Part shown: in pieces, positions 27,073 through 38,845 of the stretch
Position numbering within the stretch: the first letter of the stretch is position 1
Layout: every line of letters begins with the position of its first letter
NCBI RefSeq assembly: GCF_006345805.1
Contig: NC_043017.1
Coordinates: 28,396,001 to 28,460,000 of the forward strand
Length of the DNA stretch: 64,000 nucleotides
Origin: Octopus sinensis
Lineage: Eukaryota
Direction: 5' to 3'
The notes under the pieces: generated by a model
Seen by the model: the letters and a program-made list of their open reading frames with translations, nothing else
Told to the model about the DNA's origin: nothing
Database searches by the model: none
Program-made: the position numbers and the translations under genes

Positions 27073-27545
27073 GTATTTCTTTATTGCCCACAAGGGACTA
27101 AACATAGAGAGGACAAACAAGGACAGACAAAGGGATTAATTCGATTACTTTGACCCCAGTGCGTAACTGGTACTTAATTTATCGAGCTGGCAGAAACGTT
27201 AGCACGCCGGGCGAAATGCTTAGCGGTATTTCGTCTGCGTTACGTTGTGAGTTCGAATTCCGCCGAGGTCGACTTTGCCTTTCATCCTTTCGGGGTCGAT
27301 AAATTAAATACCAGTCACGCACTGGGGTCGATGTAATCGACTTAATATCTATGTCTGTCCTTGTTTGTCCTCTCTGTGTTTAGCCCCTTGTGGGTAATGA
27401 AGAAATAGGTACTTAATTTATCGATCCCGAAAGGATGAAAGGTAAAGTCGACCTCGGCGGAATCTGAACTCAGAACGTAACGGCAGACGAAATACGGTTA
27501 CGCATTTCGCCCGGCGTGCTAACGTTTCTGCCAGCTCGCCGCCTT
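27073..27545. mobile_element. SINE-A (+, 27186-27407) nested inside an opposite-strand SINE-A
   Basis: 17-bp TSD GGTACTTAATTTATCGA at 27169-27185 and 27408-27424. Confidence 0.9.
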
Positions 27546-28059
27546 TAATATGGTTCAAGTATAGCGATCTATGATGTAGAATGCTTCCTCTCACCTAAGT
27601 ATTGGTAACCGTATTTCATAATAAACAATTGCATTCCGATTCCATTCACATTCCTGCTACTCTCACGTCTTTATTTCAAAACACAGAGGTCTATTCTGCA
27701 TTTCACCCTTTAAGAGTTGGTAATTTAAAATATCATTCAAGTATAGAGATCGATGGCATCAACTAATCCTCCTCACCCTCAAAATTGGTGGTCTTGAACC
27801 TAAATCAGAAATCTGGTTCCAGCCCTTTAAATTCCAAATTAAAAATCCCGATAAGTTCAACGTCGCCCTTCATCATCTCAGCCCAGTCAAGTACTTAGCT
27901 TCATCGCATCATCTAAACCACCCTTGCCTCGAAATCGCTGGCCTCCAGCCTAAATTAGTTATCAGCGTTATGACATATGTATAACAGTCAATTTCCTCGC
28001 TAACCTTGCTGAGAAAAATGCCCCGGCATGGCACCCTTCCAACGATTAAAATCTTAATT

Positions 28060-28215
28060 GCATACACACACAATCACACACACACACACACACACATGCA
28101 CACACACACAGTCGCACCCATGCACACATATATGCCCACACATGTGCGTGTACACAGTTATGTGGCTCTTACAAACATGCGCGTACACATATTTTACGTA
28201 TGTTTGTATATGTGT

Positions 28216-28258
<43 letters not shown>

Positions 28259-28309
28259 CACACACATATATATACACACACATATATATACACACACACA
28301 CATATACAG

Positions 28310-28354
<45 letters not shown>

Positions 28355-28405
28355 CACACACATATATATACACACACATATATATACACACACACACATA
28401 TACAG

Positions 28406-28448
<43 letters not shown>

Positions 28449-28590
28449 CACACACCCATATATACTACACACACACACAATATCAGACACACACACACAC
28501 ACACACATATATATATGTGTGTGTGTGTGTGTAGACATAAATGTATGCGTGTGTGTGTCTACGTATCAACATGTATGTATGTGTGTAGGC
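28060..28590. repeat. (CA)n/(TA)n compound microsatellite with ~90-bp internal duplication
   Basis: Direct inspection. Confidence 0.9.
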
Positions 28591-29385
28591 TTTTATGGTT
28601 GTATGTACGTTTTCTAAAATGTAGCACATTATCGATTAAACGTTTGGTAATACAACAATATCGGTGAATTATTAAAGGTATAAATATGAATTTATGATTT
28701 AAATAAGTGCTAATATTTTAGATGTAATGTGCTATTAGGTATTATAAGCACCAGTTTGAGACAGAAAATGTGCAACTCACTCTCTTTCCTGTCTGAAATC
28801 GGCACGTATTACACAATTTAATGTGAATTTATTTTCAGAATAAAACAACTATGTAGATTTTCACTCGGGTGTAATTATCGACAATAACTGATTTTCCATC
28901 GTAATTTTAGTAAAAATTTTCCATGAATATCTCTTGGGCATTTCGTGGTTGGCTGTAGGCTCATCGTTGCGAATTTAGAAATAAATTGCATCATAGTAAA
29001 GATATCACCTATGATTTCATCACCTGGTAATTTTATGGTAAGTTATAAACATCGTGGGTCAATAGAGTCTTGCTAAACTCATCGTCACTGGCGAAACTCA
29101 AGGAAATTTTATGGGTTTCGCTTGTGAATACTAAGGACAGTAACAACAGATGCATATAAAATTATAAAACAGCGCAACGCCCATGACAATAGGAACCTTT
29201 TTTTTCTTTTTTAACTATGCAGAGAATTGGCGATAGATGGAATTTACTGCTTAGCGTTAGCTGTTCGCTGTCAAAAAATTATGGAATCCTTAAACACTTC
29301 CATACTTTTTGAAATTCAACAATATTACTCCTGCCATTTACATTATTTACATTTGGCGATATTTGTCCTTATCTTCTTTATTGTT

Positions 29386-29431
29386 AACACAACGTTTCGG
29401 CTGATATATTCTCCAGCCTTCATCAGGTGTC
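29386..29431 (-). ncRNA. Minimal type I hammerhead ribozyme (family 1)
   Basis: GACAC-CTGATGA-A-GGCTG[GAGAATATAT]CAGCC-GAAAC-GTT-GTGTT. Stem I GACAC/GTGTT, stem II GGCTG/CAGCC, palindromic stem III AACGTT, GUU triplet. Confidence 0.8.
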
Positions 29432-29483
29432 TTGGGGAAATTTCGAACCTAGGTTCTCATTCCTAAGGTATTTTTCGATGTTG

Positions 29484-29531
<48 letters not shown>

Positions 29532-29607
29532 TCACTGCCTGGAATCGAACTCGGAATCTTGGGGTTAGTACCCGCGCTCTTAACCACTAATAATAAAAAT
29601 AATAATG

Positions 29608-29643
<36 letters not shown>

Positions 29644-29702
29644 TTAATAATAACATCGAAAAATACCTTAGGATTGAGAACCAAGGTTCGAAATTTCCTG
29701 AA

Positions 29703-29748
29703 GACACCTGATGAAGTCTGGAGGGTATATTAGCCGAAACATTGTGTT
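29703..29748 (+). ncRNA. Hammerhead family 1, mutated copy
   Basis: GACAC-CTGATGA-A-GTCTG...TAGCC-GAAAC-ATT-GTGTT. Mismatches in stems II and III. Confidence 0.6.
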
Positions 29749-29829
29749 AACAAGAAACAGGATGAGGACAAATATCCGTCGAATGTAAATAATGTAAATA
29801 ATGTACATTATTATGTACATGTATTATCA

Positions 29830-29872
29830 TAAGAATCCCGTCGTATATATATATATATATATATATTAATAT

Positions 29873-29905
<33 letters not shown>

Positions 29906-29938
29906 ATGTATCTATATATATATGTGTGTGTATGTATA

Positions 29939-29977
<39 letters not shown>

Positions 29978-30118
29978 TGTGTGTGTGTAATATATATCTA
30001 TATGTGTGTATAATATATATGTGTGGATATATTATATATTATGTGTGTGTATATATATATTATATATATATGTGTGTATATATATATATTAATATACATA
30101 TATATATACATATATTAC

Positions 30119-30152
<34 letters not shown>

Positions 30153-30375
30153 GTGGGGGGGTGTTTGGCTGTCCGTTCTTGTCCCCGCAACGTCGCTTGA
30201 CAACCGATGCCGGTGTGTTTACGTCCCCGTAACTAAGCCGTTCGGCAAAAAGAGACCGATAGAATAAGTACTAGGCTTACAAAGAATAAGTCCTGGGAGT
30301 CGATTTTGCTCGAGTAAAGGCGGTGCTCCAGCATGGCCACAGTCAAATGACTGAAACAAGTAAAAGAGTAAAGAG
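29830..30375 (+). mobile_element. SINE family B 3' portion with expanded internal (TA/TG)n
   Basis: AAGAATCCCGTCGTATAT...CTTGACAACCGATGC...GACTGAAACAAGTAAAAGAG. Confidence 0.85.
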
Positions 30376-30806
30376 CTATTTGCAAAATTATAGGAATCCA
30401 GAACAATGAGAATTCAAAGTATTATGAATGGATATTGTACAATCCTGAATTATTCAAGCAACTCTCATAATTTGTCTTTTAAGAATTTTTTCTTGTTTCC
30501 TTTCTTCAATTTTAAAATACTAGTTTTAATACATTTTCTGTGATTCTATTTTAAAAGGAATTTTGCTTTAATTTGTTCATGTATGTATTGAATAAATTTG
30601 ATTATTATAATTTAATTTTAATCTTAGAATTTCTTTCTAAAAATGTTCTTTTTTTCTTTACGACAATTGCAATTTATTTTTCATTCTTAATGAAATGAAC
30701 TACATTGTTGTGACAAATAAAAGCGTTAAATAATATTTAGCGAGAGATTTACTCTAAGAATAAAATGTATGACGACGAATTTACCGATGAGTATTTTGTA
30801 TGCGGT

Positions 30807-31030
30807 GGAAGCGCGTGGCTTAGTGGTTAGGGTGTCAGCACCATGATCGTAAGATTGTGGTTTCGATTCCGGGACCGGGCGACACCTTGTGTTCTTGAGC
30901 AAAACACTTCATTTCACGTTGCTCCAGTCCACTCAGCTGGCAAAAATGAGTAACGCTGCGATGGACTGGCGTCCCATCCAGCTGGGGAACACATACGCCA
31001 TAGAATCCAGGAAACCTGGCTAGGTTCTAA
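30807..31030 (+). mobile_element. SINE family C
   Basis: GCGTGGCTTAGTGGTTAGG (A box), GGTTTCGATTCC (B box), GTGTTCTTGAGCAAAACAC, CTGCGATGGACTGGCGTCCCATCCAG. Confidence 0.8.
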
Positions 31031-31228
31031 AAAGGGCACAAAAATCTTTTATGCGATGTAATTGCTTTGCCATAACGTATTCAGACGATACGACGTAGTC
31101 CGTTGCTCCACAGCTCCATCTACCTTCGTACTAACAAATAAATTAATTGACTATTCACAACGATACAGTGACTCACATTTAAGTGGAATGTCATAATCAA
31201 CTATAAGGACTCATATAGATTTGCTAGA

Positions 31229-31630
31229 ATCTTTTCTACTCTTGGCACAAGGCCTGAAATTATGGGCGAGGTGATCGGTCGATTAGATCGACATCAGTAC
31301 GCAACTGGTATTTAATTTATGGACCTTCAAAGGATAAAAGGCAAAGTCGACCCTGGTGGAATTTGAACTCAGAACATAAAGACAGACGAAATACCTATTT
31401 CTTTACTTCCCACAAGGGGCTAAACAGAGAGAAGACAAACAAGGACAGACAAACGGATTAAGTCGACTACATCAACCCCAGTGCGTAACTAGTACTTAAT
31501 TTATCGACCCCGAAATAATGAAAGGCAAAGTCGACCTCGGCAGAATTCGAACTCAGAATGTAACGTCAGACGAAATACTGCTAAGCATTTCGTCCGGCGT
31601 GTTAACGTCTCTCCTAGCTCGCCGACTTAT
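31229..31630 (-). mobile_element. Two tandem SINE-A units
   Basis: Junction GACGAAATACC|TATTTC at ~31396. Confidence 0.85.
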
Positions 31631-32101
31631 AGATTTGTTAGAATAAAAGAGATGAGAGTCCGTCATCGACGCGATTTTAAGTAGTGTGTGAGGTTTCTCA
31701 ACCTAACAGACATAATAGCCAAATCTTCCTAAAATGTGCCCTACAAATATTCCTTTTTAAAGAAGGGGAAGATAAATTGAATAACAGAAACTTATATACA
31801 ACCTTATATATAATGGCTGCAGAAAGGTAAGGTAGAAAGAGAGAGTATCCTTTTAATAATTTTACTTTATTAAATCGCGTTTAGGACCAAAACAACAGCA
31901 GTAAACAAAAGGACCCTAACATATAACCTGTTACACTTGTAACTAGTAATACAAGTTTTCGGCCTTTGTGCAGGCTCTGCTAAATAAACCTTAATATTTG
32001 AGAAAAGAAAAAAACAATGAAAAAGTGACTATAATGGGAAACCATGCAGGAATGTGATAACACACACACACACATGCATATATACACACACACATACATG
32101 C

Positions 32102-32132
<31 letters not shown>

Positions 32133-32467
32133 TATATACACACACGCACATATATATATATATAATGAGAGAACAAAGCCAAAGCTGTGTGGAATTTTCA
32201 AGACATTTTTAAAGAGAAAGTTTGTCTTACAGCTAACTTTCCGGCAGCTCTGCAACCAAGCTGGTGCCAAACGTAATGCTCAGCACTACTTTAGACTACG
32301 TCAGCAAGGTCAAGAGAGGATTCCTGACGATTGGGCTACCCGGGATTTTCTTACATTTAGCCCAGGCCTGCGCAAAACTGGAGAGGACATGAAATATAAA
32401 AACCAGACTGGCTTAGTTTATGCGCAACTCCATTGTCTCCCGAGGCAAAAGGAAGCGAACGACAACA

Positions 32468-32517
32468 AGTCTTACAGCTGTTTCTGTAATATTAGGGATA
32501 TCCCTTCATCAGAGACT
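32468..32517 (-). ncRNA. Candidate hammerhead ribozyme (family 4)
   Basis: AGTCT-CTGATGA-AGGGATATCCCTAATATTACA-GAAA-CAGCT-GTA-AGACT. Perfect stem I AGTCT/AGACT, palindromic stem III ACAGCTGT, GUA triplet. Stem II imperfect. Confidence 0.6.
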
Positions 32518-33042
32518 ATGTGAGATGGTTAAATAGAGGGAAATATTAGAGCTCAATATGAGGAGTTATTTTGGAAAACGAAGCAAATAAGGATTATATA
32601 TGGAAATAGGAGAATGGATTTAGAAAGGAAAAGTGGTAAAAACGCTTCCAAGGAAAATTGGTAGAAATACTTCCTGTCCGTGGTATGTAAATTCTAATAG
32701 GAGTTCATATTTTGTCAACACAAATGGAAAGTGTAGAGACGTAGATTCCATGTGCTGTTTATTCAAAGGGACCTTGTGGCCTGAATGGAACTTTGAGAAT
32801 GTAGTGGTAGTATTAAATTGATAGAGAGGGGAGAAAAGTTGTGCATGTTAAAATGAAGAGAGAGGTCAAAAGAAAAGGTGAGAGATGACAGAAGGTGAAG
32901 ATAAGAAAGAGGAGCGTCGAGTTTTACAATTCTGTAAATAATAATAATAGTATATATATGCCCCTTTATTAGAATACCTTTTAGTCATTGCGCGGTGATC
33001 GGCTATAAGCTTTAAGCTTATAAAATACTATTATATATATAT

Positions 33043-33243
33043 GGTCGTCATGATAGATCGTTAGCCACAACACACATTTTTTTCTCTCCTTGTTTCTCTC
33101 CTTGTTTTTTCTGTGTCCCTCTCTGTAGAAGAGCGTATGCTCGAAACGTAAAAGACTTTTTCTATTCCTGAGCGTTATACTATAATACATCTGCTTGTTT
33201 TGTACACCACCTGTCCTCGTCTTTTGTTTCTTTCGTAAACTCT

Positions 33244-33248
<5 letters not shown>
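33043..33248 (+). mobile_element. PLE-like short repeat (family 2) inserted in (TA)n, with hammerhead variant at 33118-33155
   Basis: CTGTAGA-A-GAGC[GTAT]GCTC-GAAAC-GTA-AAAGA. Homologues at 40229-40400, 45938-46115 and 59762-59970. Confidence 0.7.
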
Positions 33249-33288
<40 letters not shown>

Positions 33289-33294
33289 CATACA

Positions 33295-33449
33295 TACGAC
33301 GGGCTTCTTTCAGTTTCCGTCTACCAAATTCCCTAACAAGGCTTTTGTTGGCCCGTGGCTATAGTAGAAGACACTTGTCCAAGGTGCCACGCAGTGCGAC
33401 TTAACTCTGATCCATGTGGTTCTTAAGCAAGCTACTTACCACACAGCCA

Positions 33450-33452
<3 letters not shown>
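33295..33452 (-). mobile_element. SINE family B 5' half
   Basis: Similarity to 58430-58592. Confidence 0.8.
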
Positions 33453-33487
<35 letters not shown>

Positions 33488-34192
33488 TGATAGTATTTTA
33501 TTAAATATGTAATAGTATTTTTATATATATATATATATGTATATGAGGCTCGATGAGCCTCAAAAATATTCCTGTGTAGCAAACTTTTCCCAATTAGGAA
33601 TTATTAGGAGTAATAAAGACTTAACCTAGAAACCTCTCAGTAGGACAGATCTTTTTAACTTTTTAACCCTACACACTATGGATGCGCCTTGTTGCATCTC
33701 CTATACTTTGTTAACTGAGACTGCGGTAAAAAGAGGTTTGAACGCATTACCAACGAATCTGAATAGTCGCCGAATAACATTATATCCACATATTGTCTTT
33801 CATTTCGTTCCATAGTTAAGCTGGAATAATTCTTGGCGTAATCTGAAGAATAATGATTACAACTCTCAGTGTAGAAACGATGATTATAGATTTAAGTGAT
33901 GTTGCCTCCTGGGACTACACTTTGAATACTACATATGTGGACATTTACGCCTTCTAAAGTTATCAAATGTTCCGAACAAAATATATCAGAATAAATTATA
34001 TATGGCTGTGTGGTAAGATGGCTGCTTCATAATCCCATAGTCCCGGGTTCAGTCCCACTGCGTAGGGTCTTGAACAAGTGTCTTCTACTTAAATCTCAGT
34101 CCGACTGAAGATTTGTAGTGAATTTGGTAGCAGAAACTATGTAGAGCCCCCATATATATATATATATAATATATATATATATACACATACAT

Positions 34193-34225
<33 letters not shown>

Positions 34226-34433
34226 TATTATAATATATATATATAGATACATACATAATACATCATACATATTATATATACATAATACATACATAATACA
34301 TACATATATATATATATTACATAATACATACATATATACATAGATATATATATACATAATACATACATATATACATATATTATATAATATACATAATACA
34401 TAAAACATATCATCATATATATATATATACATA

Positions 34434-34469
<36 letters not shown>

Positions 34470-34683
34470 TAATACATACATATATACATATATTATATAT
34501 ACATAATACATACATATATACATATATATATATATACTAATAATACTACATATATACATATATATATATATATATATACATATACATACATATATATTTA
34601 TATACATAATACATACATATATACATATATATATATACCTAATACATACATATATACATATATCTATATACATAATACATACC

Positions 34684-34714
<31 letters not shown>

Positions 34715-34971
34715 ATATAATACTACATATATACATACATATAATATATATATACATATACATATATTACATACATATATATATATGATAAAACGGTAAG
34801 ATAAAACAAAGAAAAAGAGACCTCAATTTATGTAAATAGAGGAAATTTATCTATATCAATATGTTACATTACTCGGTAGTCAAGATAAAACTCTGAGTTT
34901 CAGATGCCGAAGGGAAATCCACACACCATCTCTTCGGTTATCTGGCTATTTGAAAACGTTATGAAAAAATA

Positions 34972-35115
34972 TGCGACATGGAGAGATGGCTTATCTGGAA
35001 AAGCAGCTTAGACCCTACCTACCACATGTCTAAATACAAGGACAAGCTTTTCGGATCATGCCCACATGTGACTAAATTTCTGTTACGTTTTTGGTCCCCT
35101 AAAGAAAACGGATAG
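34972..35115 (+). pseudogene. C-terminal fragment of a PLE (Neptune-like) ORF
   Basis: CDMERWLIWKSSLDPTYHMSKYKDKLFGSCPHVTKFLLRFWSPKENG* resembles the C..EK..I...LN.R.EL...C.H..KFLL end of PLE GIY-YIG proteins (recalled motif). Confidence 0.6.
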
Positions 35116-35305
35116 AACATGGCTTTCTGTGTTATGTCCCAAGAAGATTTTATATATTTTTATAATTTTTATATTTTTTATGTATTTTTATATAATTTTT
35201 ATGACGAAAATGCGAGCGATGTATAAGTACGCAGCAAGCAGAGTTATAACAGAGTAATTTCCCTTCATTTTTAACGGTATTTTTTCATAACGTTTTCAAA
35301 TAGCC

Positions 35306-35368
35306 AGATAACCGAAGAGATGGTGTTGTGGATTTCCACTTCGGCATCTGAAACTCAGAGTTTTATCT
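35306..35368 (+). ncRNA. Hammerhead variant, family 3 (inverted copy at 34883-34943)
   Basis: AGATAA-CCGAAGA-GATG...CATC-T-GAAA-CTCAGA-GTT-TTATCT. 6-bp stem I, U4C core, near-palindromic stem III AACTCAGAGTT. Confidence 0.6.
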
Positions 35369-35401
35369 TGACTACCGAGTATGTAAACATATTGTATAGA
35401 T

Positions 35402-35448
<47 letters not shown>

Positions 35449-35514
35449 CATAATACATACATATATACATACATATATATATATACATACATACATACAT
35501 ATATATATATATAC

Positions 35515-35545
<31 letters not shown>

Positions 35546-35974
35546 CATACATACATACATATATATATATACATAATACATACATACATAATACATACAT
35601 ACATACATAATACATACATACATTATATATATATATGCACGCACACACGCACACACACACAAACACACACATATATATATATACGCATATGTATGCGTGT
35701 ATATGTTTGTGTTTGTGTTTGTCCCCCCAAACATCGCTTGACAACCGATGCTGGTGTGTTTACGTCCCTGTAACTTAGCGGTTACATAAAATCATAAAAC
35801 CTCCACGTAAGTTTATTGTACACTACCTATGTACACCTAACTTTATTTCTAATACCTACTTGGGTTATCATGTTACGTTTTTATTTTCCTGAAATTAAGG
35901 TAAATATATTTCCTTCAATCTTTCTTCTCTCTTCTGTGCTTAAAATGTCTCCCAGAAATTATCTCTCAACTGTA

Positions 35975-36392
35975 TACTCTTTACTCTTTTACTCTTTTAC
36001 TTGTTTCAGTCATTTGACTGCGGCCATGCTGGAGCACCGCCTTTAGTCGGGCAAATCGACCCCGGGACTTTGTAAGCCAGTACTTATTCTATCGGTCTCT
36101 TTTGCCGAACCGCCTAAGTGACGGGACGTAAACACACCAGCAATCGGTTGTCAAGCAATGCTAGGTAGACAAACACAGACACACAACCTACACACACATA
36201 CATATATAATATATATATATACATATACGACAGGCTTCTTTCAGTTTCCGTCAACCAAATCCACTCACAAGGCATTGGTCGGCCCGGGACTATAGCAGAA
36301 GACACTTGCCCAAGGTGCCACGCAGTGGGACTGAACCCGGAACCATGTGGTTGGTAAACAAGCTACTTACCACACAGCCACTTCTGCGCCTA
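35975..36392 (-). mobile_element. SINE family B, full length
   Basis: Reverse match to 58430-58850. Confidence 0.9.
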
Positions 36393-37149
36393 TAACAAAT
36401 TATTCTTTCGGTTCAACATTACGTTACACATTAAGTCTACCCCTTGGATGTGACTAGTTGAATGAGACTAGATCTTATGAAAAAATATTCCCATTCAGTG
36501 TGGAGGATAAACAGTGTACTTTTTTTTCTCTTATCTTACCACTGAATGGTGTCCCTGTGAGCAGGCCGATCGTTCGCTTGACCTCTTAATTTCATTCCAG
36601 AGTCAACACGTTACACTCTTAACAACGTCTGTAATATCTAGTTTTTGCTTTCTAGCAACAATTATACACACCAAATATACAGCAAATAAAAAAGAACGGG
36701 AAAATGGCTGGGTTATTGATGGAAACTCATGAAACCATAATAAAAATTGTAAAGTAAATTTATGATTGATTTATGTGTGATAATCCCTGAAAAATAAAAA
36801 CAAAACATGAATTATATTATTCGAAGTGATATTTCATATGGTATTTAAGTTCACAAAATATACATTAAAAAGCTTTTTGTACATGTTTTCAGTTAATGGT
36901 AGAAGTGTTCAAAGAAGGTATTAAAAATGGCAAAATAAAACTGTTTTTATTAATAGCTTCGAAAGTCTGCGTGATGTGCAAAAAAACCGATATCACTTTT
37001 GAATTCAGCACGCTAAATAAATACACAATAATCTGGCGAAATTGATTTGATACAGGTCGGTATTCGCTGTAAACGTTTCACGTTCAAATATTTGCATTTC
37101 TTTATTTCCAGGTAGATAAAAATAAAGGACAAGCCAGGTATTGGGAGCG

Positions 37150-37535
37150 ATCTACAAACAATAAATCTGAGCACCTTTTCAAACTCACCTGTCTAACACC
37201 CGGGGACATGTTTACAAAGTCAGAAAACAGCATCAGCTCCCATAACTTTCGGAAACATTTTTCCACGCTAAGAGTTGCTGAAGCATGAAACAAACTGCCG
37301 ACACCAGTTGTTAGTTGTCAGAGCATTGCGTCCTTCAAAACTTCCATGCTTCCTGAGATTCGCCAACACTACACCTGATTTTCTCCCCTCCATACCCACC
37401 CAAACATGTATCTGACTCATACGCTGTTCGCTTTCCAGGCATTTGTACATTACTGCATATAGTTTATACGCACTTTTGACAAGTTGTGGTGCACCTGAGC
37501 ACTGTATACAATAATTTCATTATTATTATTATTAT
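37150..37535 (+). pseudogene. 3' end of CR1-clade LINE with (ATT)n tail
   Basis: TRGHVYKVRK then (frameshift) HNFRKHFSTLRVAEA*NKLPTPVVSCQSIASFKTSM matches the CR1 ORF2 C-terminus TRGH..K...R..FFS.RV...WN.LP..VV....FK. Confidence 0.8.
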
Positions 37536-37659
37536 TTCAATCGATCGATTCCTTCACGTTTCAAAATGAGTGTATACTAACATCACTGAATATATATATA
37601 GAGAATATCGAATACAGTTATGCAAATTTCACAAATAATAATAATAGCATTAATCATTT

Positions 37660-38115
37660 CAGCTGTAGTCACAAGGCTGACATTTTGGCTGTGGTAGTTA
37701 GTCGAATATATTCTTTACTGCTCTAGACACAAGGCCAAAAATTTTGGGGGGATGCGGGACAGTCGATTAGATCGACCCCAGTACGCAATTGGTACTTAAT
37801 TTATCAACCCCAAAAGGATGAAAAGCAAAGCCGATCTTGGCGGAATTTGAACTCAGAATGTAGCGAAGGACGAAACACCGCTAAGCATTTCACCCGGCGT
37901 GCTAACGATTCTTATTTCTTTATTGCCCACAGGGGGCTAAACACAGAGGGGACAAACAAGGACAGACAGAGGGATTAAGTCGATTACATCGACCCCAGTA
38001 CGTAACTAGTACTTAGTTAATCGAACCCGAAATGATGAAAAGCAAAGTCGACCTCGGCGGAATTTGAACTCGGAATGTAACGACAGACGAAATACGGCTA
38101 CGCATTTCGCCCGGA
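37660..38115 (-). mobile_element. Tandem SINE-A units
   Basis: Two near-complete units plus a tail fragment. Confidence 0.85.
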
Positions 38116-38140
38116 AATATACTGGAACACAATAACAATA

Positions 38141-38307
38141 GGCACAGGCGCGGCTGTGTGGTAAGAAGCTCGCTTCCAACCCGCATGCGTCCTAGCTCAG
38201 TCTCACTGCGTGGTACCTTAGGCAAGTGTCTTCTACTACAGCCTCGGACCGACCAATGCGATGTGAATGGTGAATGGATTCGGTTGACGGGAACTGAAAG
38301 AAGACCA

Positions 38308-38351
<44 letters not shown>

Positions 38352-38845
38352 ACACACGTTTTTATGTGCATGTGTCTTTGTGTTCCTGTTTGTTACCAAC
38401 CACTGCTTGATAACTGTTGTTGGTTTGTTTACGTCCCCGTAACTTAACGTTTTGGCAAAAGAGACTGCTAGAATAAGTACCAAGCTTAACAAAAGATAAA
38501 TACCTATTTCTATTTCTTTACTATCCACAAAGAGCTAAACACAGAAGTGACAAACAAGGACAGACAAACGGATTAAGTCGATTATATCGACCCCAATGCG
38601 TAACTGGTACTTATTTAATCGACCCCGGAAGGATGAAAGGCCAAGTCGACCTCGGTGGAATTTGAACTCAGAACGTAGCGGCAGACGAAATACTGCTAAG
38701 CATTTCGCCCGGCGTGCTAACGTTTCTGCCAGCTCGTCGCCTTTTATCCCTCCACAACAAAAGATAAATACCGTAGTCGATTCAATCGACAAAAAATACT
38801 TCTAGGCTTTGCCCCAGCATGACCGTAGTCTAATGACTGAAACAT
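38141..38845 (+). mobile_element. SINE-B interrupted by a minus-strand SINE-A (38502-38745)
   Basis: ACAAAAGATAAATACC at ~38490-38504 recurs at ~38757-38772, consistent with a TSD. Confidence 0.8.

Larger units (their letters stand above)
29336..29805. mobile_element. Palindromic (head-to-head) pair of tRNA-headed, hammerhead-containing elements
   Basis: Arms 29336-29526 and 29588-29800 are diverged inverted copies. Centre 29528-29587 is a minus-strand tRNA-like head. Confidence 0.85.
34786..35402 (+). mobile_element. 5'-truncated Penelope-like retroelement with inverted terminal repeat
   Basis: ~120-bp inverted arms (34850-34970 and 35279-35402) flank an ORF tail. Each arm carries a hammerhead-like motif. 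Confidence 0.75.
34003..35785 (+). mobile_element. SINE-B split by expanded microsatellite and a PLE insertion
   Basis: 5' half at 34003-34150, (TA/TACA)n, inserted element 34786-35402, (TA/TACA)n, 3' part at 35715-35785. Confidence 0.7.

Noticed and set aside
29528-29587. Functional tRNA gene
   Set aside because: 5'-truncated, no acceptor stem, embedded in a repeat. It is a SINE-type head, as are those at 17377, 30807 and 51235-51326.
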